Shown: piece after piece, positions 1 through 8,715 of the stretch
Layout: every line of letters begins with the position of its first letter
How positions within the stretch are numbered: position 1 is the stretch's first letter
Origin: Moraxella nasicaprae
GTDB taxonomy: Bacteria > Pseudomonadota > Gammaproteobacteria > Pseudomonadales > Moraxellaceae
Assembly: GCF_025643275.1 (NCBI RefSeq)
Contig: NZ_CP089977.1
Location: forward strand, 1,110,001 to 1,142,000
Direction: 5' to 3'
Length of the DNA: 32,000 bases
Program-made: the position numbers and the translations under genes
Notes under the pieces: generated by a model
What the model was told of the DNA's origin: nothing
Database searches by the model: none
The model's input: the letters and a program-made list of their open reading frames with translations, nothing else

Positions 1-1
1 A

Positions 2-1429
2 GTGGCGACTTTTCGAGCACCGCCCAAAGACGACACCCACACCACCGATGAGGGTATGATTACCCGTGATAATGTGTGGGGCGATATTGAGCAGGATTTT
101 GCTCGTCGTGATTTTTCCATCAATGCTTTGTATTATGACCCAATCGCAGGCGAGGTATTGGATTTTTGTGGGGCATTGACCGACCTTCAAAACCGCACGC
201 TTAGATTGCTTGGCGACGCATCGGTGCGTGTTGAAGAAGACCCTGTACGACTGCTTCGTGCTTTGCGTTTTAAGGCCAAATTGGGTTTTGAGTTTGATGA
301 TGCACTACAAAAGCAGTTTCATGCCGATAATTGGGCATTGCTTGAACAGGTCTCTACGCATCGACTGTATGACGAAACTCAAAAAATGTTTGGCGGGGGC
401 TATCTGACACCGTTATTGCCGATTTTATTCGAGCATGGGGCGATGGACAGCTTGATGGTGTATCCACCCGATGAGCCGTCTGCATTGATGACCGCCGCCG
501 CCATCAATACCGATAAGCGTATTTTGGCAGGCAAAAGCGTCAATCCTGCTTTTATTTATGCCACGATGTTGTGGGGTAATTATCTGCATCAGCTTGCCAA
601 GTTTAAGAAAAAGGGCTTGCCTTTTCATGAAGCTCAGATTAAGGCGGCTGCCAAAACCATCGATGCCCAAAGAATCAAGACCGCCATTCCTAAATTTGCC
701 GAGCAGTTCATTGCTGATATTTGGATTTTGCAAAGCAAGCTGGTTAATCCAAAAATCAAGGACATCGCCCAGTTAGAACGCTTGCCAAAATTCCGTGCAG
801 CTTTTGACTTTTTGGTGCTAAGAGAGCGATTTGATGACCACCCATTGACCGAGCCAACAGGCGATATGGCTGCGTGGTGGCAAGCATACCAAGATGCTAA
901 TGCGTCAGAAAAAGCAATGATGATTGAGAGTTTCGGTGCGGCGGCTGGCACACCAAAACGCCGTCGTCGAGACCGCAAGGCGGATAATATCAGTTTGGAG
1001 CTTGAACAGTTACGAGAATTGTCGTTGCGACATGATAAGCCGACCGCCAAGCCTAAGCCACTATTTGTGGTAGCACCGCAGGCAGATACCAAAGATGAGA
1101 TGGTTGATGTGCCTAGTTTTGCGATGGTTGAGTACAGCGAAGAAGACTTTGCCAAATTGCTTGCCAATGATGAACCATACATTCCAGCATCTCGCCATCG
1201 TCGTCGCAAGCCGTCATCGACTTTGAGCATTTTGGAGCAGCAACAAGGATTAAGCGAGTCAAAACCGCCCAAAAAATCCAAAGCAACCACTGCCAAAAAT
1301 ACTAAGAAAAAATCTGCCAGTCCCAAAAAAGCGACACCAAAAACAGCGTCAAGCGATGAGCTGGGCGATAAACCCAAACGCCGCCGCAGTCGTAAATCAA
1401 ACGCCAAACCCAAAGCGGATACAATCTAA
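2..1429 (+). CDS. pcnB: poly(A) polymerase I, N-terminus cut by the window edge, with a long basic C-terminal tail
   Basis: The ORF runs from the window edge. It has the nucleotidyltransferase/PcnB-type segment RDFSINALYYDP followed by LRALRFKAKLGF. The pcnB-folK-panB-panC order matches the E. coli arrangement. The last ~150 aa are rich in Lys/Arg/Pro/Ala. Confidence 0.85.
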   Translation: MATFRAPPKDDTHTTDEGMITRDNVWGDIEQDFARRDFSINALYYDPIAGEVLDFCGALTDLQNRTLRLLGDASVRVEEDPVRLLRALRFKAKLGFEFDDALQKQFHADNWALLEQVSTHRLYDETQKMFGGGYLTPLLPILFEHGAMDSLMVYPPDEPSALMTAAAINTDKRILAGKSVNPAFIYATMLWGNYLHQLAKFKKKGLPFHEAQIKAAAKTIDAQRIKTAIPKFAEQFIADIWILQSKLVNPKIKDIAQLERLPKFRAAFDFLVLRERFDDHPLTEPTGDMAAWWQAYQDANASEKAMMIESFGAAAGTPKRRRRDRKADNISLELEQLRELSLRHDKPTAKPKPLFVVAPQADTKDEMVDVPSFAMVEYSEEDFAKLLANDEPYIPASRHRRRKPSSTLSILEQQQGLSESKPPKKSKATTAKNTKKKSASPKKATPKTASSDELGDKPKRRRSRKSNAKPKADTI

Positions 1430-1439
1430 GGAGAATGTG

Positions 1440-1931
1440 ATGGTCAGTTGTTTTATTGGACTTGGGGGCAACATCGCCAACGAACACGGCACGCCCATTG
1501 AGCACCTACAAAACGCCATTACCGCCTTCAAAAACAGCCCCCATTTTGACAAGGTGGTGGTGTCGTCTTTTTATACCTCAAAAGCCTATGGCGTTACCGA
1601 CCAGCCTGATTTTGTCAATGCTGTGTTAAAAGCCGATACCAATTTGTCGCCACTGGATTTACTAGATTTTTGTCAATCGCTTGAAAATACAGCAGGGCGA
1701 GTTCGCTTACGCCACTGGGGCGAACGCTCGCTTGATGTGGATATTTTGCTTTATGGTGATGAAGTGATTGACAATGAGCGTTTGATTGTTCCACACAAAG
1801 AATTGACCCTAAGAAATTTTGTGGTCATTCCAATGCTCGAACTTGATGATACGCTGATGATTGATGGCAAGCCTTTAAAGGAGCTTTCGACAGCTGGCGA
1901 CTGGCAGGGGCTTGAAATTTTAAAAAATTAA
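1440..1931 (+). CDS. folK: 2-amino-4-hydroxy-6-hydroxymethyldihydropteridine pyrophosphokinase (HPPK)
   Basis: The HPPK-like core reads RHWGERSLDVDILLY ... IVPHKEL. I place the start at ATG 1440 rather than the track start 1356. AAGGAG at 1428-1433 lies 6 nt upstream of it, and 1356 would overlap the pcnB tail. Confidence 0.85.
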   Translation: MVSCFIGLGGNIANEHGTPIEHLQNAITAFKNSPHFDKVVVSSFYTSKAYGVTDQPDFVNAVLKADTNLSPLDLLDFCQSLENTAGRVRLRHWGERSLDVDILLYGDEVIDNERLIVPHKELTLRNFVVIPMLELDDTLMIDGKPLKELSTAGDWQGLEILKN

Positions 1932-2024
1932 CCCACTATAATGATACATTTTTACCAAAATGACCGTGATTACCCAAATCAATCATGCCATTTTGAATCA
2001 TTTTTCCCATCTGGATCAGCATCA

Positions 2025-2852
2025 ATGACCTATCTTGCCCCAAATCATCAAGCCCCCATCACTCTATCCACCCTTGCCAAATACAAAAAGGTAGGCGAAA
2101 AATTTAGCTGTTTGACCTGCTATGAGGCAAGTTTTGCTCATCTGATGGGGCAGGCAGGCATTGACACCATTTTGGTGGGCGACAGTCTTGGCATGGTGGT
2201 ACAAGGACAAAGCTCCACTTTGCCTGTCACGGTTGCCGATATGGTCTATCACACGCAAAATGTCGCAAGGGCAAATAGCCACGCCCTGATTATGACCGAT
2301 TTGCCCTTTATGAGCTATGCCACCTTGACAGACGCAGTCGCCAACGCCCGTGCGGTCATGCAAGCAGGGGCAAATGTGGTGAAGATTGAAGGCGGTAGTG
2401 AGCTTGCCGAAATCGTTCAAGTTTTGGCAAATAATGGCGTGCCCACTTGCGTGCATTTGGGCTTAACCCCCCAATCGGTCAATGTCTTTGGTGGCTACAA
2501 GGTACAAGGCAAAACAGACGCACAAGCCGAAAAGCTCTTAAAAGACTGTGAAATATTGGTAAACGCAGGGGCGAGTATGATTTTATTAGAATGTGTGCCT
2601 GCTTCCCTTGCCAAAACCGTTACTGAAAAATTTGCCGTGCCTGTTATCGGCATTGGGGCAGGGGCGGACACCGATGGGCAGGTGTTGGTTATGCACGATA
2701 TGCTAGGCGTTTATACTCGTAAACCTGCCAAATTTGTCAAAGACTTTTTAAAAGATGATGGCAATGAGACAGGCGATATTTTGGGGGCATTTGTCAATTA
2801 TCACAATTCGGTAAAAAATGGCTCTTTTCCGAGTATAGAGCATACTTTTTAA
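2025..2852 (+). CDS. panB: 3-methyl-2-oxobutanoate hydroxymethyltransferase (ketopantoate hydroxymethyltransferase)
   Basis: PanB motifs are present: ILVGDSLGMVVQG and KIEGG. The N-terminus MTYLAPNHQAPITLSTLAKYKK aligns by eye with the E. coli PanB N-terminus. I therefore prefer ATG 2025 over the track start 1941. Confidence 0.85.
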   Translation: MTYLAPNHQAPITLSTLAKYKKVGEKFSCLTCYEASFAHLMGQAGIDTILVGDSLGMVVQGQSSTLPVTVADMVYHTQNVARANSHALIMTDLPFMSYATLTDAVANARAVMQAGANVVKIEGGSELAEIVQVLANNGVPTCVHLGLTPQSVNVFGGYKVQGKTDAQAEKLLKDCEILVNAGASMILLECVPASLAKTVTEKFAVPVIGIGAGADTDGQVLVMHDMLGVYTRKPAKFVKDFLKDDGNETGDILGAFVNYHNSVKNGSFPSIEHTF

Positions 2853-2871
2853 AAAAATTTAGAGAATAACA

Positions 2872-3726
2872 ATGCAAGTCTTTAACACCATCGCCCAATT
2901 ACAAGCACAATTAAAAGCATACCGTGATAACACCATTGCTCCCAAAGTTGCCCTAGTCCCCACGATGGGCAATCTGCACGAAGGGCATTTGACCTTAGTC
3001 AATATCGCCAAACAGCACGCTGACATCGTGGTGGTGAGTATCTTTGTCAATCCCACCCAGTTTGGGGCAGGCGAGGATTTTGATAGCTATCCACGCACCC
3101 TAGATGAGGATTGTCAAAAACTACAAACGGTGGGGGCGGATATGGTCTTTGCCCCAAGCGTTGATGAAATGTACCCCACTTATCCGCCAAATATCCAAGT
3201 ATTAAGCGGTGAGATTACCAAGATTTTGTGTGGCAAAAGTCGTCCTACGCATTTTGATGGCGTGGGGCTGGTGGTGTCTAAGCTCTTTAATATCGTGCGT
3301 CCTGATGTGGCTGTTTTTGGCAAAAAAGATTATCAGCAATTAGCCATCATCAGACAGCTTAATGACGAATTAAATTTTGGCATACAAATTATCGGAGCGG
3401 ATATCGTGCGAGCCGATGATGGGCTTGCCTTATCATCTCGCAACCAGTATCTGACGGATGATGAGAGACGATTGGCACCGATGTTAAACCAAACGCTTAA
3501 CCAGCTGGCAAAGCATATTCGCCAAGCACCATTCATGGACTATCATGCATTGGTGGCACAAGCACGAGAGCATCTGAACGCCAATGGATTTGTGGTGGAT
3601 TATCTAGAATTATATAATGACAAGCTGCAAACCGTCAGTCAGTCGGATACAAAGTTGGTGGTTTTGTTGGCGGCGTGGCTTGGTAAAGCCAGATTGTTGG
3701 ATAATCTACAAATTAACCTAAATTAG
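2872..3726 (+). CDS. panC: pantoate--beta-alanine ligase (pantothenate synthetase)
   Basis: It has PTMGNLHEGHLTL (HxGH nucleotidyltransferase motif) and FGKKDYQQ. It lies directly downstream of panB. Confidence 0.9.
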   Translation: MQVFNTIAQLQAQLKAYRDNTIAPKVALVPTMGNLHEGHLTLVNIAKQHADIVVVSIFVNPTQFGAGEDFDSYPRTLDEDCQKLQTVGADMVFAPSVDEMYPTYPPNIQVLSGEITKILCGKSRPTHFDGVGLVVSKLFNIVRPDVAVFGKKDYQQLAIIRQLNDELNFGIQIIGADIVRADDGLALSSRNQYLTDDERRLAPMLNQTLNQLAKHIRQAPFMDYHALVAQAREHLNANGFVVDYLELYNDKLQTVSQSDTKLVVLLAAWLGKARLLDNLQINLN

Positions 3727-3749
3727 CACATCACCTGTACAGGAAGTAT

Positions 3750-4640
3750 ATGACAAAACAAGCATCCATCATCATCGTGTCGGGTCGTTCGGGTTCTGGC
3801 AAGACTTCGGTGCTCAATATTTTAGAGGATTTTGGGTTTTATGTGATTGATAATTTGCCCTTATCCATCGTGCCAGAGACCATCAAAAAACTCACCTCTG
3901 ATGACAGTATTCATAAGATTGCTTTGGGCGTTGATGTCAGAGCCCCAGCGGCGGATTTGTCCAGCTTTCCCAAAGTGCATGACGATTTGATTGCTTGTTA
4001 TGGTGAGAGTGCCATCACGGTATTGTACACAACAGCTACCGAATCGGTGCTGGTGGCTCGTTTTGGGGCAACCAGACGAGTACACCCCTTGATGGCGACA
4101 GGGGTGACGGGCAATCTGCCAAAAGCGATTTTGAGTGAGATTGAGCTGTTGGAGCCGATTGCCAGCTTATCTGATATTAAGATTGACACCAGCTATCTCA
4201 ATACGCACGAGCTAAAAGAAAAAGTGCGTGACTATCTGGGTGTGCAAAATCAAGTAACCATCAATCTGCTGTCCTTCGGTTTTAAATATGGCACACCAAT
4301 TGATGCTGACTTTATTTTTGATGTCAGAGTGTTGCCAAATCCGCATTGGCACATCGAGCTGCGTCAGCAATCTGGCGAAGATGCTCCTGTGCAAGCATTT
4401 TTTGCCCAGCACCCAGAAGTGGACGAGATGGCGGCGGATATTGCCACTTATTTGAATAAATGGCTGCCAAGTTTTTTGCAAAACAATCGCCACACCATCA
4501 CGATTGGCATTGGCTGTACAGGCGGTCAGCATCGCTCGGTGTATATGACCAGACTGATTGAAAGACGACTGGCACAATCATTACCCAATCAGATGCGAGT
4601 GGTTGCCAAGCATCGTGAAAAACGCTATTGGTGCTGTTAA
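3750..4640 (+). CDS. rapZ: RNase adapter protein RapZ (YhbJ family P-loop protein)
   Basis: The N-terminal Walker A reads VSGRSGSGKTS. C-terminal family motifs RVLPNPHW and GCTGGQHRSV are present. The ~296 aa length is typical. Confidence 0.85.
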   Translation: MTKQASIIIVSGRSGSGKTSVLNILEDFGFYVIDNLPLSIVPETIKKLTSDDSIHKIALGVDVRAPAADLSSFPKVHDDLIACYGESAITVLYTTATESVLVARFGATRRVHPLMATGVTGNLPKAILSEIELLEPIASLSDIKIDTSYLNTHELKEKVRDYLGVQNQVTINLLSFGFKYGTPIDADFIFDVRVLPNPHWHIELRQQSGEDAPVQAFFAQHPEVDEMAADIATYLNKWLPSFLQNNRHTITIGIGCTGGQHRSVYMTRLIERRLAQSLPNQMRVVAKHREKRYWCC

Positions 4641-4674
4641 GTTGTGAATTTATTGCTAAAAAAGAGATGATAGA

Positions 4675-5181
4675 ATGATGATTGATTGGTCAAAACAAGA
4701 CATGCGAGTATCTCGCACCGAAATCAAAAAAGCCCATGAACGCCTGCAAGCATTGGCGACACCGCTTGCCAATTTATCCAAAAAACAACAAAAAAATCTG
4801 CCTGTCAGCGAGTATTTTTTGGACGAATTAAGCCAGCTTGCCAGTATCACCAGTGCCGCTGCTAAAAATCGCCAAATCAAGCGAGTGGGCAAACTCATCA
4901 TCGAGGAAGACCACCACAGTTTGACACAGGCATTGTTTGAATGCAAATTTACCAAAGAACAAATCGCCAAGATTGAGACTTGGTATGCACGCCTCAAATT
5001 AAGCGATGAAAGCACCATTAAGCAATTTGTTAAGCAGTTTAATGCCAGTGAGTTTAACAGCATTTATCAACTGTTGTTGTGGATAGAGTACGCCCGTCAC
5101 TTAGGCGATGATGAACTGCTGACCGAAAGCGTGGCGGATTTTGAAAGCTATGTCAAGGAAGTGGCGATTTTATCTACTTGA
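4675..5181 (+). CDS. yjgA: DUF615 ribosome-associated protein (YjgA/DarP family)
   Basis: VSRTEIKKAHERLQALATPLANL and NRQIKRVGKLI align by eye with E. coli YjgA (VSKSEIKRDAEELKRLG, RRRQLQLIGKML). The start could be 4675 or 4678. Confidence 0.7.
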   Translation: MMIDWSKQDMRVSRTEIKKAHERLQALATPLANLSKKQQKNLPVSEYFLDELSQLASITSAAAKNRQIKRVGKLIIEEDHHSLTQALFECKFTKEQIAKIETWYARLKLSDESTIKQFVKQFNASEFNSIYQLLLWIEYARHLGDDELLTESVADFESYVKEVAILST

Positions 5182-5254
5182 TTTGCCGATGTATCAATCC
5201 ATTTGATAATGATAATCAATAAAATATATTGTATTTTTCTGATATACAGTGCTA

Positions 5255-5400
5255 TGATGTAACAAAGCCACATGAAATTCGGGTTCATGTGGCTTTGTTA
5301 CTTTCCTAAGCGATGACCTTGCGGTCAAATCCATGCAATGCGTTCCATCAAAACAGCGGTCGTCCATGTTGGCATTTCCATTCGCCATTTCCTTGCTGTG
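5255..5400 (-). ncRNA. Candidate Csr/Rsm-family (CsrA-sequestering) small RNA, about 145 nt
   Basis: On the minus strand there are six GGA motifs between 5392 and 5304. They appear as TCC on the given strand at 5390-92, 5377-79, 5363-65, 5344-46, 5330-32 and 5304-06. Five are in A-N-GGA context. One sits in the loop of the small hairpin GGCG-AAUGGAAA-UGCC. The 3-prime end is a perfect 16-bp hairpin (5299-5261) ending in UUUGUU. An extended -10 and a GacA-like box lie upstream. The ends are predicted, not mapped. Confidence 0.5.
5261..5299. terminator. Perfect 16-bp hairpin, usable as an intrinsic terminator on either strand
   Basis: The hairpin is AACAAAGCCACATGAA (5261-5276), a 7-nt loop, then TTCATGTGGCTTTGTT (5284-5299). 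The GC-rich core is followed by TTTGTT on both strands. It could terminate yjgA (+) and the candidate sRNA (-). Confidence 0.65.
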
Positions 5401-5405
5401 TGCGT

Positions 5406-5473
5406 ATTATCACACAATAGCAGGTTGTGGTATAGTGGTAGAAATCATCTTTTGTTGTAAGATATTTCGTACA
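5406..5473 (-). promoter_or_regulatory. Predicted sRNA promoter: extended -10 plus a GacA/UvrY-type upstream palindrome
   Basis: The minus strand reads TGTGATAAT at 5414-5406 (TGn plus GATAAT). The -35 is weak (TATACC, 5434-5429). The palindrome TGTAAG-ATATTT-CGTACA at 5456-5473 matches the Pseudomonas GacA box TGTAAG-N6-CTTACA at 11 of 12 specified positions. Its centre is about 65 nt upstream of the predicted start near 5399. Confidence 0.45.
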
Positions 5474-5500
5474 AGCATCACACCATCATTGATGGGTCAT

Positions 5501-5533
5501 AAAAAAACATCGCCCATGCGAGCGATGTTTTTT
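5501..5533. terminator. Bidirectional intrinsic terminator downstream of dsbA
   Basis: An A7 run is followed by stem ACATCGC (5507-5513) and GCGATGT (5522-5528), then a T-run to 5533. It lies 14 nt past the dsbA stop codon. Confidence 0.75.
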
Positions 5534-5546
5534 GGCAAAAAGTGAC

Positions 5547-6173
5547 TTATTTTTTCTCTTCACGCACTTTATTGATAAGAAAATCAACTACTTGTGGCAC
5601 TTTGGCATCTTCGCCTGTTACCACATATTTGCCATGCACCACCACCGCAGGCACGCCCGTCAGTTGATAACGCTGAGCTCCTGCTTTGGAGCGTTCGATT
5701 TTGGTGGTGACAGGGAATGAGTTGTATAGACTGTTGAATTTGGTCTTATCCACGCCTTGTGAGGCATACCAATTAGCAAGCTCTTCTTGTGAGCCGATGA
5801 TGTTTCTCTTGCCATCTTTGTGTACGGCATCAAACAGTAGCTGATGCGTTTTTTCTTGTACGCCAAGTTGCTGAGCGGCATAAAAACCACGAGCACTCAC
5901 CTCCCACATAGGGTTTAGAGCGGCTGGCGTTTGGAAAAATGCCACATCTTTGGCACGAGTTTTTGCCCATTTTTGCATGTGTGGTTCTAGGGCGTAGCAA
6001 TGTGGGCAACCATACCAAAAAAACTCACGCACCACGATAACATCGCCTGCGATATTTTCAGGGTTTGGTAAAACTTGGTAATCTTTATTCGCTTCAAACT
6101 CGGCAGCTTGGACAAGTGTCGCCAAGCCAAGCACGGTCGCCATGACGGAAGTTTTTAGTAAAAATTTCATCAT
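5547..6173 (-). CDS. dsbA: periplasmic thiol:disulfide interchange protein DsbA
   Basis: The signal peptide reads MMKFLLKTSVMATVLGLATLVQA. The thioredoxin active site is WYGCPHCY. I place the start at ATG 6173 because an AAGGAAA Shine-Dalgarno lies just upstream. The track start 6233 adds a non-signal extension. Confidence 0.85.
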   Translation of the reverse strand: MMKFLLKTSVMATVLGLATLVQAAEFEANKDYQVLPNPENIAGDVIVVREFFWYGCPHCYALEPHMQKWAKTRAKDVAFFQTPAALNPMWEVSARGFYAAQQLGVQEKTHQLLFDAVHKDGKRNIIGSQEELANWYASQGVDKTKFNSLYNSFPVTTKIERSKAGAQRYQLTGVPAVVVHGKYVVTGEDAKVPQVVDFLINKVREEKK

Positions 6174-6483
6174 TGTTTCCTTAAATCCAACGGTTGTTTG
6201 GAAATGATGGCAATACCGCCCGATGGGAGACAATTGCCAAAAAAATTGGTCGGGTATAGTTTAGCGTATTTTTGGGCAAATGTGGCAATTGTTTTCTTAA
6301 TAATTCGTTGCAGTTTGTGTAAATTTTATGTTTTTTGGGCAAATTTACCTAAATAACAGGCAGAAGTGACATCTTTGTTGCTGGTTTGGCCGTCAAGCAT
6401 TGGCAAGAATGTAGTCAATGGGCTTGAAAAATGGTAAGATAGTCATTTTATGAATCATTTTAGCGTCTGAACAAGGATACGCC

Positions 6484-7230
6484 ATGCAGCACATCAATAC
6501 GCCTGCCAATGCTGATTTTGATGAAATCGGTAAATTCACCAAACTTGCCAACGAATGGTGGGATAGAAATGGTGCGTTTAAATCTTTGCACGACATTAAT
6601 CCATTACGCCTTAACTGGATTGAAGATAGGGTCAATGAGCATTACGGCTCGCCATTGGTGGGCAAATCGGTGGTGGATATTGGCTGTGGTGGCGGTATTT
6701 TGTCGCATTCGATGGCGGTGCGTGGTGCTGGTGTGCTGGGTGTGGATTTGGGCGATGAAAATCTGCAAGCGGCTGGTATCCATGCTGCCAAGACAGGAAT
6801 GAGCGATAAAGTATCGTTTCGTTGTGTGGCGGTTGAGGAGCTTGCCAAAGAACAGCCTGCCAGCTTTGATGTGGTCACTTGCATGGAGATGCTTGAACAT
6901 GTGCCAGACCCATCAGCCATCATACAGGCGTGTTTTGACCTACTAAAACCAGGTGGTGCGTGCGTGATGAGTACCATCAATCGCAATCCAAAATCGTATC
7001 TGTTTGCCATTGTGGGGGCGGAGTATGTGCTACGATTGTTGGATAAAGGCACGCACGATTGGCATAAATTCATCACACCAGCTGAGCTTGACCAGATGGC
7101 AATCCGAGCAGGATTTGAGCGATTTGATATGACAGGACTGCATTATAATCCCATCACCAAGCATTTTTGGTTATCAAACAGCAATGTCGATGTCAATTAT
7201 ATGATGGCATTTACCAAGCCTGCTGCATAA
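6484..7230 (+). CDS. ubiG: bifunctional ubiquinone biosynthesis O-methyltransferase
   Basis: It has FDEIGKFTKLANEWWD, LHDINPLRL, and the SAM motif VVDIGCGGGILS. Length and N-terminus are typical of UbiG. Confidence 0.85.
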   Translation: MQHINTPANADFDEIGKFTKLANEWWDRNGAFKSLHDINPLRLNWIEDRVNEHYGSPLVGKSVVDIGCGGGILSHSMAVRGAGVLGVDLGDENLQAAGIHAAKTGMSDKVSFRCVAVEELAKEQPASFDVVTCMEMLEHVPDPSAIIQACFDLLKPGGACVMSTINRNPKSYLFAIVGAEYVLRLLDKGTHDWHKFITPAELDQMAIRAGFERFDMTGLHYNPITKHFWLSNSNVDVNYMMAFTKPAA

Positions 7231-7237
7231 GGAGTGT

Positions 7238-7957
7238 ATGATGACCTCAAAGATTTGGGCGGTGTTGTTTGATTTGGACGGTACGCTCATCGATACTGCC
7301 CCTGATTTTATTCGCATCATCAAGCAGATGTGTGCTAAGCACAACCACCCATGCCCCACAGAAGAGGCGATACGAGAGCAAGTGTCAGCAGGGGCTAGGG
7401 CGATGGTGCGTTTGATGTTTGGCGATGAGCTGGCAGAGGTGGCGGACAGTGATGAGAAACTGCTCGCCTATCGCCAAGAGTTTTTGGATTTGTACGAACA
7501 AGACATCTGTGTCGATAGCAGACTCTTTGATGGCTTGGATAAGCTACTAAACACCCTTGAAAATCAAGGCATTCAGTGGGGGATTGTCACCAATAAACCC
7601 AGATATTTGGCAGAACAGCTCCTTGATAAGTTAGACCTAGCCAAACGCTGTGCGGTACTGGTTTGCCCTGATGATGTGGTCAATACCAAGCCTGACCCAG
7701 AGCCGATGTTTTTGGCGACAGACAGACTCAATCAAACATTTGGCACAAACATTGAGTGCAAAAACTGCATCTATGTGGGTGACCACATCAGGGACATACA
7801 GGCAGGGCAAGCATCTGGCATGACCACTGTGGCTGTTGGCTTTGGTTATATCGTTCCTGATGAAAATCCTGATGATTGGGGAGCTGATAAAGTGGTGCAG
7901 ACACCTGATGAGCTGACCGATTGGGTGTTGGGCAAAATACAGGAGGTGATGGCGTGA
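7238..7957 (+). CDS. HAD-superfamily phosphatase (phosphoglycolate phosphatase / MupP-like)
   Basis: HAD motif I is FDLDGTLIDT. Motif II is VTNK and motif III is GDHIRD. The ubiG-HAD-yciK order matches my memory of the Pseudomonas ubiG-mupP-SDR arrangement. Substrate cannot be assigned from sequence alone. Confidence 0.75.
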   Translation: MMTSKIWAVLFDLDGTLIDTAPDFIRIIKQMCAKHNHPCPTEEAIREQVSAGARAMVRLMFGDELAEVADSDEKLLAYRQEFLDLYEQDICVDSRLFDGLDKLLNTLENQGIQWGIVTNKPRYLAEQLLDKLDLAKRCAVLVCPDDVVNTKPDPEPMFLATDRLNQTFGTNIECKNCIYVGDHIRDIQAGQASGMTTVAVGFGYIVPDENPDDWGADKVVQTPDELTDWVLGKIQEVMA

Positions 7958-8715
7958 ACCATCATGATATTCGTGCTTTTGATTATCAAGCAGACAGCCT
8001 AAATGGTAAAATTATCCTTGTGACAGGGGCAGGAGACGGCATCGGTAAAGTGGCGGCACTGACCTATGCCAAATGTGGTGCGACGGTATTACTGCTTGGT
8101 AAAACCCAAAGCAAACTAGAAGCGGTCTATGATGAGATCGAAAGCCTGCATTTGCCAGAGCCTGCCATTTTGCCATTGGATTTAGAAAAAGCAACTTTTG
8201 CCCAGATGCAAGAGCTGGCAAGATTGATAGAAAAGGAATTTGGACATTTGGACGGTGTGCTACACAATGCAGCGATTTTGGGGGCATTAACACCGCTTGA
8301 AATGTACGACCCCATTACTTTTGAGCAGGTCATGCGTGTCAATTCGACAGCGGTTTTTATGTTGACTCAGGCACTCATGCCGCTATTAAAAGCCGCCAGT
8401 AGCGGTTCGGTGGTTTTTACCAGCAGTGGTGTTGCTAAGCCTCGTGCATTTTGGGGGGCTTATGCTTTATCGAAACAGTCGCTTGAAGGCATGGCGACGA
8501 TTTTTACCCAAGAAACCAACAATCATACTACTTTAAGATTTAACTGCATCAATCCAGGGGCAACTCGCACCAATATGCGAGCCCACGCTTTTCCTGGCGA
8601 AGACCCTTATACCCTAAAAACGCCCGAAGAAATCATGTCGCCTTATGTATATTTGATGACAGATGAAGCGGCAGGTGTGAAAGGCGAAGTGATTGATTGT
8701 CAGCCCAAACAATAA
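7954..8715 (+). CDS. yciK: YciK-family short-chain dehydrogenase/reductase
   Basis: The Rossmann motif is VTGAGDGIG and the catalytic motif is YALSK. I place the start at GTG 7954. AGGAGG at 7941-7946 lies 7 nt upstream, and the GTGA overlaps the upstream stop codon. The track start 7921 is a TTG inside the upstream gene. Confidence 0.8.
   Translation: MNHHDIRAFDYQADSLNGKIILVTGAGDGIGKVAALTYAKCGATVLLLGKTQSKLEAVYDEIESLHLPEPAILPLDLEKATFAQMQELARLIEKEFGHLDGVLHNAAILGALTPLEMYDPITFEQVMRVNSTAVFMLTQALMPLLKAASSGSVVFTSSGVAKPRAFWGAYALSKQSLEGMATIFTQETNNHTTLRFNCINPGATRTNMRAHAFPGEDPYTLKTPEEIMSPYVYLMTDEAAGVKGEVIDCQPKQ

Noticed and set aside
634-1413. Long antisense ORFs inside confident genes. Examples are 634-1413 (-) in pcnB, 13356-13883 (-) in tex, 21758-22360 (+) in the reductase gene and 6642-7076 (-) in ubiG.
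   Set aside because: These are shadow ORFs on the opposite strand of genes with clear family motifs. Their translations are low-complexity (Ser/Leu/Arg/Ala-rich) with no recognisable motifs.
5230-5259. A + strand promoter-like pair: TTGTAT, an 18-nt spacer, then TATGAT, just upstream of the 5261-5299 hairpin.
   Set aside because: A transcript from it would begin directly at a terminator hairpin. It is more likely a chance match in AT-rich DNA.
5420-5490. A tRNA-like fragment: TATAGTGGTAGAA resembles a D-loop. ATCTT-TTGTTGT-AAGAT looks like an anticodon arm with a GUU anticodon.
   Set aside because: No D-stem partner, no T-arm (the GTTCRANY-type loop is absent) and no acceptor stem can be formed. 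The segment is better explained as the promoter and GacA-box region of the candidate sRNA.
5194-5545. ORFs 5194-5388 (-) of 64 aa and 5333-5545 (+) of 70 aa in the yjgA-dsbA gap.
   Set aside because: They have no Shine-Dalgarno, an odd composition and overlapping terminator hairpins. The region is better explained by the sRNA candidate and terminators.
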